A stretch of DNA of 64,000 bases from contig JABIHH010000046.1 of the NCBI GenBank assembly GCA_018649725.1, positions 24,508 through 88,507 on the forward strand, in the 5' to 3' direction. Made by a program: the position numbers and the translations under genes. Under the pieces are notes generated by a model. That model saw nothing but the letters and a program-made list of their open reading frames with translations, was not told where the DNA came from and searched no databases. The DNA comes from Rhodospirillaceae bacterium (GTDB lineage: Bacteria; Pseudomonadota; Alphaproteobacteria; Rhodospirillales; UBA2165). Shown here one piece after another: positions 7,714 through 17,482 of this stretch. Within the stretch, counting starts at the first letter, position 1, and each line of letters opens with the position of its first letter.

Positions 7714-8187
7714 TTAATCGCTGAGCAGGCGTTGCGATAAATTGCGCAACATGCCGGCGGTGGCGCCCCAAATAAAATAGTCCTGCCAGGTGATGGCAAA
7801 ATGATGGCGCGTCTGGCCGTTGAACTCGCGGGCAAAGCGCTCGAAATTTTCCGGATGGATGAGAAAGTCGAGCGGCGCTTCGAAAATCTCAGCGACCTCA
7901 TCTTCTTGCGGAGTGAGCTCAAAAGGCGGCTCAATGACGCCGATGATCGGGTTGACGAGATAGCCCGTGCCGACAATGTACTCATCCAGCTCACCAATGA
8001 TCTCAATGTGGCGAGAATGCAGCCCGACCTCTTCTTCGGTTTCCCGTAGCGCCGTGTGCTGGGCGTCGCGATCATTATCATCGACGCGCCCACCTGGGAA
8101 ACTGATTTGCCCGGCATGATTTTTAAGATGTTCGGTGCGCTTGGTCAGCATAACGTTGAGACGATCTTCGCGGACCACCAGCGGCAC
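7714..8187 (-). CDS. nudL: CoA pyrophosphatase, NUDIX hydrolase family
   Basis: The Nudix box is GGRVDDNDRDAQHTALRETEEEVGL. The GTG start at 8185-8187 is the first canonical start, but homologous-looking sequence (TPAAVLVPL context) continues in frame upstream. Confidence 0.8.
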   Translation of the reverse strand: MPLVVREDRLNVMLTKRTEHLKNHAGQISFPGGRVDDNDRDAQHTALRETEEEVGLHSRHIEIIGELDEYIVGTGYLVNPIIGVIEPPFELTPQEDEVAEIFEAPLDFLIHPENFERFAREFNGQTRHHFAITWQDYFIWGATAGMLRNLSQRLLSD

Positions 8188-8336
8188 GAGGACAGCAGCT
8201 GGTGTCAGCGGCTTATCACCTCTGACCCATTCATTGCGCTCTTCCTCGATAAGCTCTTCTTGCTCGGCATCTTCATTGGAGCGCCGCCGCGTGACGCCCT
8301 CGCTGGCCTGGAGGCGCGCAAGAACGTCCTCGAGGC

Positions 8337-8951
8337 TCAGTCTTGATCCGTCAATGTGCCGATCTGAAAGAATTGTCCGCTACTCCATATGCCAAAGGCG
8401 TGTTCTTTAAATATATCCTCTCCTTGCGCCATTTCCACGCCCAATTCAACACCAAGATCAACCAATTGATAAAACACCGCGCGTGTCAATTTCGCCTCCA
8501 GGCCATCCCGCACCATAATGTAGGGGGAAGGCTCCTCGGTTTCAGGATCGGTCTCAATGCGCAGCGGATGGGCCCCATCGGCTATCACAATTTCGTCAAT
8601 ATTGGTGCGAAAAGAGAGAATCTGGGTGTTGTTTTCGCCCTCAACCGTCATCTCTACGGCCTGAAAAGGCACGTCTTCTACGGTGATTTCACCCTTTTCT
8701 GCCGGTGTAATCAGCCAGTACCTGCCATCTTCGTCGATAGTCAGCACAGAGGCGAATAATTTGACGAGTTCTTTGCGACCTATGGGTGATCCATGGTAAA
8801 ACCAAAGGCCGTCAGCATTGATGTGAATGTCCAAATCTCCGCATAGGGTTTGACCTTCGCTCAATTGGGCGGAATCATGCGTAGGGGTGCCAAAGAGTTC
8901 CGAAAGAGAATTTAGATCCCCGGAATTGTGTTGAGGTTTTTGTTTGGTCAT
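8337..8951 (-). CDS. DUF1285-family protein
   Basis: The 204-aa ORF contains INADGLWFYHGSPIGRKELVKLFASVL...DGRYWLITPAEK, typical of DUF1285. It sits divergent from the MoxR operon, as in many alphaproteobacteria. Confidence 0.65.
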   Translation of the reverse strand: MTKQKPQHNSGDLNSLSELFGTPTHDSAQLSEGQTLCGDLDIHINADGLWFYHGSPIGRKELVKLFASVLTIDEDGRYWLITPAEKGEITVEDVPFQAVEMTVEGENNTQILSFRTNIDEIVIADGAHPLRIETDPETEEPSPYIMVRDGLEAKLTRAVFYQLVDLGVELGVEMAQGEDIFKEHAFGIWSSGQFFQIGTLTDQD

Positions 8952-8996
8952 TATGACTTACCAAGGGTTTAAGAATTTATTTTAAGGAGAATACCA

Positions 8997-10019
8997 TTGT
9001 CTGATGCCGCTGAACCATCCGTAACTCCCAATCAAACTGATAATAGTGATGTTGTGGGTGAACTTGAAGACATTAGCAAAAAAATTGTTGAGGTGCGTAG
9101 CGCCATTGGCCGAATTATTTTTGGCCAACAATCGGTTGTTGAAGAGACGCTGGTTACTTTATTGGCCGGCGGCCATGTGCTGCTGATCGGCGTTCCAGGT
9201 CTGGGTAAGACGCGCTTGGTGGAAACGCTTGGCACTGTCTTAGGGTTGGATGAGCGCCGCGTTCAGTTTACGCCGGATTTGATGCCGGCTGATATTTTAG
9301 GCTCTGAGGTTTTAGAGGAAGGCGAAGGCGGCAAGCGCGCTTTCCGGTTTATTCAAGGCCCCGTTTTTTGCCAGCTTTTGATGGCCGATGAGATCAACCG
9401 GGCAAGCCCGCGTACTCAGTCTGCTCTTTTGCAGGCGATGCAGGAGCGCCGGGTTTCGGTTGCCGGTCACTATCATGATCTGCCGGCCCCGTTCCATGTC
9501 TTGGCGACGCAGAACCCGCTTGAGCAAGAAGGCACTTATCCATTGCCCGAAGCCCAGCTTGATCGCTTTTTGATGCAGGTAAACATCGACTATCCGCAAT
9601 TGGCCGCCGAGCGGGAGATCCTGACCGCAACGACGGGCTCGGAAGAAGCAACGCCTCAGCAAGTGATGAGTGCTGATGAATTACAAAACGCGCAGCGAGT
9701 CGTCCGCCATGTGCCGGTTGGCGATAGTGTGATGGCGGCGATATTGGAGCTGGTGCGTTCCGGCCGTCCAAACTCGTCGGATATTCCCGAAGTGATTGAA
9801 CACGTGGCTTGGGGACCAGGCCCGCGTGCCAGTCAGGCCTTGATGCTGGCGGTACGTGCACGGGCAGTCATCGGTGGGCGCTTGGCACCCTCGATTGACG
9901 ATGTGCTCGCTTTGGCCCAGCCTGTCTTGCGGCATCGCATGGCGCTCAATTTTGCCGCCCGTGCCGAAGGTGTCACTTTAGAAAAAATCATTGATAAACT
10001 GGCCAGTCGGATTGGATGA
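8997..10019 (+). CDS. MoxR-family AAA+ ATPase
   Basis: The Walker A motif is GVPGLGKT and the Walker B is LLMADEINRASPRTQSALLQAM. Confidence 0.9.
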   Translation: MSDAAEPSVTPNQTDNSDVVGELEDISKKIVEVRSAIGRIIFGQQSVVEETLVTLLAGGHVLLIGVPGLGKTRLVETLGTVLGLDERRVQFTPDLMPADILGSEVLEEGEGGKRAFRFIQGPVFCQLLMADEINRASPRTQSALLQAMQERRVSVAGHYHDLPAPFHVLATQNPLEQEGTYPLPEAQLDRFLMQVNIDYPQLAAEREILTATTGSEEATPQQVMSADELQNAQRVVRHVPVGDSVMAAILELVRSGRPNSSDIPEVIEHVAWGPGPRASQALMLAVRARAVIGGRLAPSIDDVLALAQPVLRHRMALNFAARAEGVTLEKIIDKLASRIG

Positions 10020-10933
10020 TAAATGATATGCCGGTCCATTTAGCGGAACTCCATAATCGAGCTGAGTTGCTCGCTGCCAATCTGCCGCCATTGATGGTCG
10101 CGGCAGAGCGGGTGGCGGCGACCGTTGCACAAGGCGTGCATGGCCGGCGGCGGGTTGGCCAAGGTGAGACGTTCTGGCAGTTCCGCCATTATGAGCGGGG
10201 TGATCCGATCCAGCATATTGATTGGCGCCGCTCGGCACGTTCCGATAGCGTCTATTTGCGGGAAACCGAATGGGAGGCGGCGCAAAGCGTTTGGCTTTGG
10301 AGTGATGCGTCCCCCTCAATGAATTATAGCTCGTCCAAAAAGCTGCCGACTAAAATGGAGCATGCTGATTTGCTGACCTTGGCATTGGCCTCACTCCTGA
10401 TCAGAGGCGGTGAACATATCGCGCCGCTTGGCCGGGGCACCATCCCTTCGACCGGTCGGATGGCTCTGAACATTTTGGCTGCTGCCTTGGAAGATCGGGA
10501 GATCGAACGCAAAGAACATGCCGGAAGCCTGCCACCTTTTGAGCAAGTGCCGAAGCATGGCCGAGTTGTTTTGATCAGTGATTTTTTGGAGCCTTTGGAA
10601 GAGATCAATCGCGCCGTCGGTGTGTTTTCTGATCGCGGCGTTGATGGCTACATCTTGCAGATCTTAGACCCTGCCGAACAAAGTCTGCCCTTTGGGGGGC
10701 GCACCCGATTTGAAGGGACAGAAAATGAAGGCAATGCGCTGATCGGGCGGGTCGAAGGTGTGCGTGATGACTATAAAACTGAATTGGCAGCTCAACGCCA
10801 GGGGCTCGAAGCCATTGCGCGGACAGCGGGCTGGGGGTTTGGTGTGCACACAACAGATCAGCCGCCCGAAGCAACTTTGTTGAGGCTCTATGTTGCGTTG
10901 ACAGCAACCACAGAATGGACAGGATCGCATTAG
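10016..10933 (+). CDS. DUF58 (vWA-like) protein, partner of MoxR
   Basis: It overlaps the moxR stop by 4 nt. The FRHYERGDPIQHIDWRRSAR motif is typical of DUF58. Confidence 0.8.
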   Translation: MINDMPVHLAELHNRAELLAANLPPLMVAAERVAATVAQGVHGRRRVGQGETFWQFRHYERGDPIQHIDWRRSARSDSVYLRETEWEAAQSVWLWSDASPSMNYSSSKKLPTKMEHADLLTLALASLLIRGGEHIAPLGRGTIPSTGRMALNILAAALEDREIERKEHAGSLPPFEQVPKHGRVVLISDFLEPLEEINRAVGVFSDRGVDGYILQILDPAEQSLPFGGRTRFEGTENEGNALIGRVEGVRDDYKTELAAQRQGLEAIARTAGWGFGVHTTDQPPEATLLRLYVALTATTEWTGSH

Positions 10934-10934
10934 C

Positions 10935-13697
10935 ATGTTTACCCTTGGCGCCCTTTCCTTTGTTGCTCCCGTTGCCCTTTTAGGTTTGGCGAGCCTGCCG
11001 ATTTTGTGGTGGCTGCTGCGCGTCATCCCGCCTGCGCCAAGACGGGTGCGCTTTCCAGCGATCCGCTTGGTAATGCGGCTGGTTAATCCGGAAGAAAGCT
11101 CGGCTAAAACGCCGCTTTGGTTGACGATATTGCGATTAGCGCTGTTGACGTTGGTGATTTTGGGCGCAGCGCATCCGATTTTAAATGCTAACAATCAAGT
11201 GGCTAAAGACGGCCCGCTCATCTTGATTGTTGATGACGGCTGGGCTTCAGCCAAGCATTGGAATAAACGCCAAACAGCCTTTGCTAATCTAATGGATCAG
11301 GCAGAGCGTCAAACCCGGGCAGTTGCGGTTATTACCACCGCTCCCAATTCGGCCGATCGCTCCCGCCAGATGGAGTCTTTGCTGAGTGCCGATGCGGCCC
11401 GGCAATTGCTGTCGGCTTTGCAGCCAAAGCCTTGGCCGGTAAATCGGCTGGCAACGGCATCAATATTAAATGAGTTGAAATTTGAAGGCTCGCCCGAAAT
11501 CGTCTGGCTGAGCAATGGCCTGAACACCGAGCCAGATGGCAGTGATGTGGCTGAGTTTACCAGTATTTTACAAAAGCTTGGGCCGCTTACGGTTTTGGCA
11601 GATACGCCCGGTGCTTTGCCGCCGCTCTTAATGCCGCCGGTTTCTGAGCGCGATGGTCTGACGCTTTCGGCCCGGCGCGCGGCGAGCTCTGTGGCTTCAT
11701 CGCTCAGCCTTCGGGTTAGAGGCGAGGACGGCAACGTGCTGACCCGCCAGCCCTTGAAATTTGCCGCCGGCGAGACAACCGGCAAGCTTAAGCTCCAACT
11801 ACCGACAGAAATTCGCAACAAAGTGACGCTTATTGAGATTGAGAATTTGAACTCAGCCGGCTCTACTGTTCTGGTGGATGAGCGTTGGCGCCGCCGCCCC
11901 GTTGGTCTGGTCTCGAACCTCAAGCGTAGTGCCAGCCAACCTTTATTAGACAATCTGTTTTATCTCGACAAAGCGCTCGATCCTTTTACCGAGGTTCGAA
12001 TTGGTCCGATGGTGGAGCTTTTTAAACGCGAGATTGCCATGGTGGTGTTGGCGGATCCCGGCAAAATGACCACGCAGCAAAATGATCGGCTATTGCGCTG
12101 GATTAAACTGGGCGGCGTTGCACTGCGTTTTGCTGGGCCAAAATTAGCCGCAGATAAGAACCCCGTATTGCCGGTGCGTTTGCGCAAAGGGAACCGGGAT
12201 CTGGGCGGTGCGCTGTCTTGGTCGAAACCGGCGGCGCTCGCCGCTTTTCCGGAAAACAGTCCCTTTGCCGGGTTGGCCATTCCCAAAGATGTCCACATTC
12301 AACGCCAAGTGTTGGCTCAGCCGACGGTCGATCTACCCGAAAAAACCTGGGCCCGGCTGACCGATGGCACGCCCTTGGTAACAGCTGAGAAACGCGGCGA
12401 TGGTTGGCTGGTCTTTGTCCACACCACGGCAAGCCCGGATTGGTCAAATCTGCCATTGTCGGGTCTATTTGTCGGTATGTTGCAAAATCTCGTGCAGCTT
12501 AGCCGGGGGGTTGTTGGTGAGACTGGGGAGCGGGTGCTGAAACCGATCCAGTCAATTGACGGTTTTGGCCGCCTGACCGATCCGCGTGCTGGTGCGCTTG
12601 CCATGAAGAGCAGCGAATTTTTAAGCAAAAAAGCTGGCCCCAAAAATCCGCCCGGCTTTTATGGCGATGAGACGGCAAGGAGGGCCTTTAATCTCTCGCC
12701 GTCGATCACCCATTTGACGCCCTTGGGTGATCTCGGCGCAGGAGTGACACGTGACACTTATCAAGAATCCCGTGAGCAGGATTTCCGGGGCGCGCTGCTG
12801 CTGGCTGCCCTAGCTTTGGCATTGTTAGATATCATCGCGAGTTTTGCGCTCCGCGGATTTTTCACTTTCACCAAAATAAATAAAAGCGCAACGGCGGCTA
12901 TGTTAGCTGTGCTGCTGCTCCCGCTGATCAGTATGACAGTAGCAGCGCAAACGCTGGTTCCGGACCAGCAGGTAAATACGAATGACACCCGCGAATTTGC
13001 CGCGGCGCTTAACATTCGCATCGCCTATGTGAAAACCGGCAATAGCCAGATCGACCGAACCAGCCGTGCCGGTCTTGAAGGCCTGGCTTTTATCGCGAAT
13101 AGCCGAACTGCTGCAGATATGGGCAAGCCCGTGGCGATTGATCCGGCGTCAAGCGTGCTGGCTTTTTATCCGATGATTTATTGGCCGATTACCGAAGATG
13201 CACCGATCATTGATCCGGCAACCGCCAGCAGATTGAACAATTATATTAAAGGCGGCGGCACGATCTTTTTCGACACCCGCGACAGCTCAGGCGCCGGCAT
13301 CGGTGCCGACCGCCTGGAGGAAATCGCCCGCCATTTAGATGTCCCACCGATGACCGCGATCTCCTCCGATCACGTTCTGACCAAAGCTTATTATCTGCTG
13401 CGCGAGTTTCCGGGCCGTTGGACCGGCGGACGCGTCTGGGTGCAAAAGGCCTCTAGCCAAGCAGCCGAGCGCGCCAATGATGGTGTGTCTTCAATTATTG
13501 TCGGCGGCCATGATTGGGCAGGCGCCTGGGCGATGGATGAAGCCCGCAAGCCGCTTCACCCGGTCGTGCCGGGCGGCGAGCGTCAGCGCGAAATGGCTTA
13601 TCGCTTTGGCATCAATCTGATGATGTATGTCCTAACGGGTAACTACAAAGCCGATCAGGTCCATCTGCCGGCCATTCTTGAAAGGTTGGGCCAATAG
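10935..13697 (+). CDS. BatA-N (aerotolerance regulator N-terminal) / DUF4159-type large membrane protein
   Basis: The 920-aa product has the N-terminal LLGLASLPILWWLLR double-TM motif. It is third in the MoxR operon. Confidence 0.7.
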   Translation: MFTLGALSFVAPVALLGLASLPILWWLLRVIPPAPRRVRFPAIRLVMRLVNPEESSAKTPLWLTILRLALLTLVILGAAHPILNANNQVAKDGPLILIVDDGWASAKHWNKRQTAFANLMDQAERQTRAVAVITTAPNSADRSRQMESLLSADAARQLLSALQPKPWPVNRLATASILNELKFEGSPEIVWLSNGLNTEPDGSDVAEFTSILQKLGPLTVLADTPGALPPLLMPPVSERDGLTLSARRAASSVASSLSLRVRGEDGNVLTRQPLKFAAGETTGKLKLQLPTEIRNKVTLIEIENLNSAGSTVLVDERWRRRPVGLVSNLKRSASQPLLDNLFYLDKALDPFTEVRIGPMVELFKREIAMVVLADPGKMTTQQNDRLLRWIKLGGVALRFAGPKLAADKNPVLPVRLRKGNRDLGGALSWSKPAALAAFPENSPFAGLAIPKDVHIQRQVLAQPTVDLPEKTWARLTDGTPLVTAEKRGDGWLVFVHTTASPDWSNLPLSGLFVGMLQNLVQLSRGVVGETGERVLKPIQSIDGFGRLTDPRAGALAMKSSEFLSKKAGPKNPPGFYGDETARRAFNLSPSITHLTPLGDLGAGVTRDTYQESREQDFRGALLLAALALALLDIIASFALRGFFTFTKINKSATAAMLAVLLLPLISMTVAAQTLVPDQQVNTNDTREFAAALNIRIAYVKTGNSQIDRTSRAGLEGLAFIANSRTAADMGKPVAIDPASSVLAFYPMIYWPITEDAPIIDPATASRLNNYIKGGGTIFFDTRDSSGAGIGADRLEEIARHLDVPPMTAISSDHVLTKAYYLLREFPGRWTGGRVWVQKASSQAAERANDGVSSIIVGGHDWAGAWAMDEARKPLHPVVPGGERQREMAYRFGINLMMYVLTGNYKADQVHLPAILERLGQ

Positions 13698-15772
13698 TGG
13701 AAATCATCAGCGGCATTGGCCTTACCGGCATTGGATTTTCCCCACTCGTTGCGTGGCAGGCGATCGTCTTGCTTGGCGGCTTGGCTTTGCTGCTTTTATT
13801 GTTTGGTATTGTGCGCGGCGCGCGGGGCTCGATTTTACGGATCGCGGCGCTCGGCATTCTCGTTTTGGCTTTGTTTAACCCGCACCTCGAAAGCGAAAAC
13901 CGGACCCCGCAGCCGGATATTGCGGTGATTGCCGTCGATGAATCCTCTAGCCAAAATACCGGTGACCGCCGGGCTCATATAAAGTCAGCCTTAAAAGAAG
14001 TGCAGGAGAAACTGGCGCAGCATAAAAATCTGCAAGTTCGGGTGATCCGGGGACAGGAAACCGATGACGGTACCCAATTGTTTAGTGAACTTAACCGAGC
14101 GCTCGCCGATCTGCCAAAGGGCCGTTTAGCGGGTGCGGTGATTATCTCCGACGGTCAAATTCACGACACACCCAAAGCCAAAGACAAAAAATTCGACCGG
14201 CCTTTGCATCTTTTGCTGACCGGTAAGCCTGATGAGCGCGACCGCCGGCTGGTTGTTGAGCGCGCACCGGCTTACGGTATTGTCGGCAAAGAAGTAAAAA
14301 TACGAGTTCGAGTTGAGGACAATCCGAAGAAACCTGCAGGCGCTTCAGGACGGGCAGCTTTAACGCTTAAAATCGATGGTAAAAAAATCATCAGAAAGTC
14401 CGTGCCGATCGGACAAAGTGCGACCATTTCCCTGCCAGTGGATCATGGCGGTGCAACCATTGTCGAAATGGAAGTGCAAAAGATGGCGCGTGAATTATCG
14501 CTCGCTAACAACCGGGCGGTCATTAGTGTCAATGGCGTGCGGGATCGTTTGCGGGTCTTGTTGGTCTCGGGCCAGCCTCATTTGGGTGAACGCACGTGGC
14601 GTAATCTCTTGAAATCCGACCCTTCGGTTGATCTTGTGCATTTTACAATTTTGCGCCCGCCGGAGAAAAATGACTTCACCCCGCTCAATGAATTGGCGCT
14701 GATCTCTTTTCCGATCCGGGAATTGTTTGAGGTTAAGCTGCATGAGTTTGATTTGATCGTCTTTGACCGCTACGTCATTCGCTTTGTGCTGCCGCCGAAT
14801 TATTTCCAAAACATTGAGAAATATGTCCAAAAAGGTGGCGCTGTGTTGGCGGCGGTCGGGCCGGATTTTGCCGGGGTCAGAAGCCTCTACCATACGCCGC
14901 TCGGAAAAATTCTGCCGGGCGAGCCATCGGGACCCGTCATTGAGACCGGCTTTCGGGCCAAGCTTACTGATAAAGGTCGCCGTCATCCGGTGACCGGTGG
15001 ATTGCCGGGCTCGGAGGGCAAAGAGGCAAAATGGGGTCGCTGGTTCCGCCAGATCGATGCGGTGCCCAAAAAAGGGCATACATTGCTGAACGGTGCGGAA
15101 GGCAAGCCGTTATTAATATTGGACCGGGTTGGTGAAGGACGGGTCGCGCAATTTATGAGCGACCAGATTTGGCTCTGGGCCAGAGGTCATGACGGCGGTG
15201 GACCACATGCAGAATTGCTGCGCCGCTTATCCCATTGGTTAATGAAGGAGCCCGATCTCGAAGAAGAGGATCTCCGGGCAAAGGTTGATGGCAAAGAGCT
15301 GACGATTGAGCGCCGCTCGCTTGACCCGAACCAACCGCCGATTACCCTGACGGCGCCATCGGGCAATAAAACCATCTTAAAATTGCAAGATAACAAATCC
15401 GGTGCGGCGACAGTGACAGTGACAGCCGATGAAACCGGGCTCTATAAAATTGAGGATGGTCGACGCCAGACCTTGGCGGCGATCGGCAAGCTTAATCCGG
15501 CAGAGTTATCGGACCTCCGCGCATCGCCTGATAAAATTCAGCCCTTGGTCAAAGCAAGCGGCGGCGGCATTGCCTGGATTTCAGAAGGTATGCCCGATTT
15601 CCGCCGCACCAAGCCGGGCCGCAGTGGGGCGGGCAATGGCTGGTTTGGGCTGGTCAATAACGGCGCGTATACAGTGACCGGTGTGCGCCAGGTTCCGCTC
15701 TTTCCGGCACTCCTCTTCCTGCTATTGGTTGCCGGCGGCATAATGTTCTCATGGTGGAGAGAAGGCCAATAA
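13697..15772 (+). CDS. Conserved membrane protein, fourth gene of the MoxR/DUF58/BatA operon
   Basis: The GTG start overlaps the upstream stop. The 691-aa product has N-terminal and C-terminal TM helices. Confidence 0.65.
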   Translation: MEIISGIGLTGIGFSPLVAWQAIVLLGGLALLLLLFGIVRGARGSILRIAALGILVLALFNPHLESENRTPQPDIAVIAVDESSSQNTGDRRAHIKSALKEVQEKLAQHKNLQVRVIRGQETDDGTQLFSELNRALADLPKGRLAGAVIISDGQIHDTPKAKDKKFDRPLHLLLTGKPDERDRRLVVERAPAYGIVGKEVKIRVRVEDNPKKPAGASGRAALTLKIDGKKIIRKSVPIGQSATISLPVDHGGATIVEMEVQKMARELSLANNRAVISVNGVRDRLRVLLVSGQPHLGERTWRNLLKSDPSVDLVHFTILRPPEKNDFTPLNELALISFPIRELFEVKLHEFDLIVFDRYVIRFVLPPNYFQNIEKYVQKGGAVLAAVGPDFAGVRSLYHTPLGKILPGEPSGPVIETGFRAKLTDKGRRHPVTGGLPGSEGKEAKWGRWFRQIDAVPKKGHTLLNGAEGKPLLILDRVGEGRVAQFMSDQIWLWARGHDGGGPHAELLRRLSHWLMKEPDLEEEDLRAKVDGKELTIERRSLDPNQPPITLTAPSGNKTILKLQDNKSGAATVTVTADETGLYKIEDGRRQTLAAIGKLNPAELSDLRASPDKIQPLVKASGGGIAWISEGMPDFRRTKPGRSGAGNGWFGLVNNGAYTVTGVRQVPLFPALLFLLLVAGGIMFSWWREGQ

Positions 15773-15854
15773 GCCCGTCTACGTGACACGTTTTATTTGC
15801 GCCGCCCTGAAATAGGTGTAACCTTATCCCTCCACAACAATTGGGAATTAGTAA

Positions 15855-16196
15855 ATGCCATTTGTCAGACGTAATGCCGAAGATGAGGTTGAGGCCGTTT
15901 TTACCGCGCCTGAAGACGGGGCGACAGAAGAACTCCCTGCCGGCAGTGAAGAGCTTGTTGCCTTTTTTGGTGTTGGCGTGCTGGACATTATCAAAAACGA
16001 TGAATGGCTCCAGGCGGATTTATCGCTGGCCCGCGTGACCGAGGATTTGATCGAGGTTTTAATCGAGAAAGGGGCGATCGCGTTTACTGACCTTCCCGAA
16101 GGAGCCCAAAGTAAACTGATCGATCGCCAGGGTCTTCGGAGCGAGCTTTCCTATATCGAAAAGCTCTTTGGCTCCGATGAGGATAATTACCTCTAG
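15855..16196 (+). CDS. Hypothetical acidic 113-aa protein
   Basis: This is a clean ORF downstream of the operon. I recognise no family. Confidence 0.5.
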   Translation: MPFVRRNAEDEVEAVFTAPEDGATEELPAGSEELVAFFGVGVLDIIKNDEWLQADLSLARVTEDLIEVLIEKGAIAFTDLPEGAQSKLIDRQGLRSELSYIEKLFGSDEDNYL

Positions 16197-16199
16197 ATC

Positions 16200-16952
16200 C
16201 TATTCAATAATTTCCAAATGTTGCTTTGACGGGTCGACATCGTAATAGATATCTCTCTCAGTCTTACCGAATGTAATGGCACCGGGGCAGGATCGGACCA
16301 ACTTGCGGGTCTCAGGCTCAATGATGTTGAAAAATTCCACGCAGGATGAGCACACCCCGGCATTTTCTGAAATGCTATAGGGGACTTTTTGGCCATCAAT
16401 TTCTGTAGAAAAGGTTTGGGCCAGATGATTGGCATGGTTAGCCCGGTGGGTCAGCCAATGGCTTTTTAGGTTGTCGCCGATGCCCCAGAACCTCGTCACA
16501 GTGAAAAGGATTTTGAACATCACGGCGTCAACAATACCTTTTTTCTCCCACTGGCGTGGTTTGATTTGACTGTATTTTTCGTCTTCTACCAAGGCCTGTA
16601 GTTCTTTGAGAGTTGGTAAACGCTCCGGCATGAAGTTGGACCGGGACAACTTGACCTCAAAAAAGGAATTAAACGCAGCCGCCAGTGGTTTTGCTGTGAC
16701 CACCATATATTTATCGTTTTTATCGGAATCGCGGTACCAGGAACCCTGGCGGACGCAAACGCGGCTCCATACGGCGGGTGAAGCATAATAAACTGTATTT
16801 TTGGCTGCTTTCAGAACTTCGCAAGGTGTCAAAAAAGCAGGTTCCAAACGATGATCCTTCGGCAAACTTGCCTTTAGGGCCATAAAATCTCGCTTCTCCA
16901 TCCAGTAAACATATGTTTCCGTTTTTACTTTATCAGTTTTGTTGATGAACAT
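16200..16952 (-). CDS. Orphan hypothetical protein (250 aa) with visibly lower GC than its neighbours
   Basis: An AAGGAGG RBS lies upstream of the ATG (plus strand cctcctt at about 16961-16967). The C-terminal Cys cluster is GVCSSCVEFFN...VRSCPG. I recognise no family. Confidence 0.6.
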   Translation of the reverse strand: MFINKTDKVKTETYVYWMEKRDFMALKASLPKDHRLEPAFLTPCEVLKAAKNTVYYASPAVWSRVCVRQGSWYRDSDKNDKYMVVTAKPLAAAFNSFFEVKLSRSNFMPERLPTLKELQALVEDEKYSQIKPRQWEKKGIVDAVMFKILFTVTRFWGIGDNLKSHWLTHRANHANHLAQTFSTEIDGQKVPYSISENAGVCSSCVEFFNIIEPETRKLVRSCPGAITFGKTERDIYYDVDPSKQHLEIIE

Positions 16953-17093
16953 GTCTTTCGCCTCCTTAGACGTTATTTGTTAGAATTGTTTGCGTTTGAT
17001 GAGGTTAATATAAAAAGACGGCGTCACGGCGGCATCAAATCAATGGGATTGGGGCGTGAAAAAAGCGTGAAATTGGGAAAAAGGCACAAAAAA

Positions 17094-17125
17094 GGCCGAT
17101 TTTTCATCAAAACCGGCCTTTCTTA
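17094..17125 (-). terminator. Rho-independent terminator hairpin, duplicate of the infC terminator
   Basis: The plus strand reads aaaaaaggccgatttttcatcaaaaccggccttt. The minus strand gives the stem GGCCGGTTTT/AAAATCGGCC followed by a T-run. It is near-identical to 19338-19370. Confidence 0.6.
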
Positions 17126-17141
17126 GTTTATTTTCTCTAAA

Positions 17142-17370
17142 TTACATCGGTGAAATAATCATGGTCATTTGGCGACTTCATCCATGTCTTTTTGAACCGA
17201 ACTCAGAATACCACCGCAATTGCCAGGCTTCATTAAAAATTGGGACCATACTAAATCATAGAATAAAACGTTTGCTTTACTCGCCAATGCGGACATTGAT
17301 GCCAGGATTTTGTATGTAATACCCTGTCATAAACTCAAAATATATTTGTTTGAATCCTTGGTTTTTCTCA
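17142..17370 (-). pseudogene. Decayed partial copy of the infC 3' end (C-terminal domain)
   Basis: The minus-strand translation gives QMTMIISPM* (infC has QMTMVISPK*) and GILSSVQKDMDEVAK (infC has [16 protein letters not shown]) in different frames, separated by a deletion of about 34 nt. Nucleotide similarity is weaker and AT-shifted further 5'. Confidence 0.65.
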
Positions 17371-17482
17371 AATTAGCAACAATCTATAATTAACAGTAGT
17401 TCGTGTTCAATATCCGGTATAATTTTTTTGAATTTTTGATCCGTTTATTTTCCCCATTTCAAACGCAAAGGAAATTAACATC

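Noticed and set aside
8997-15772. The MoxR/DUF58/BatA-N/large membrane protein operon as a novel system
   Set aside because: This four-gene cluster is widely conserved, although mechanistically poorly understood. Nothing in this copy looks atypical.
16200-16952. Nucleotide deaminase assignment for the orphan protein, based on E...CSSC
   Set aside because: The spacing between the Glu and the CxxC is only 4 residues, and there is no H[AC]E motif. It does not fit the deaminase zinc site.
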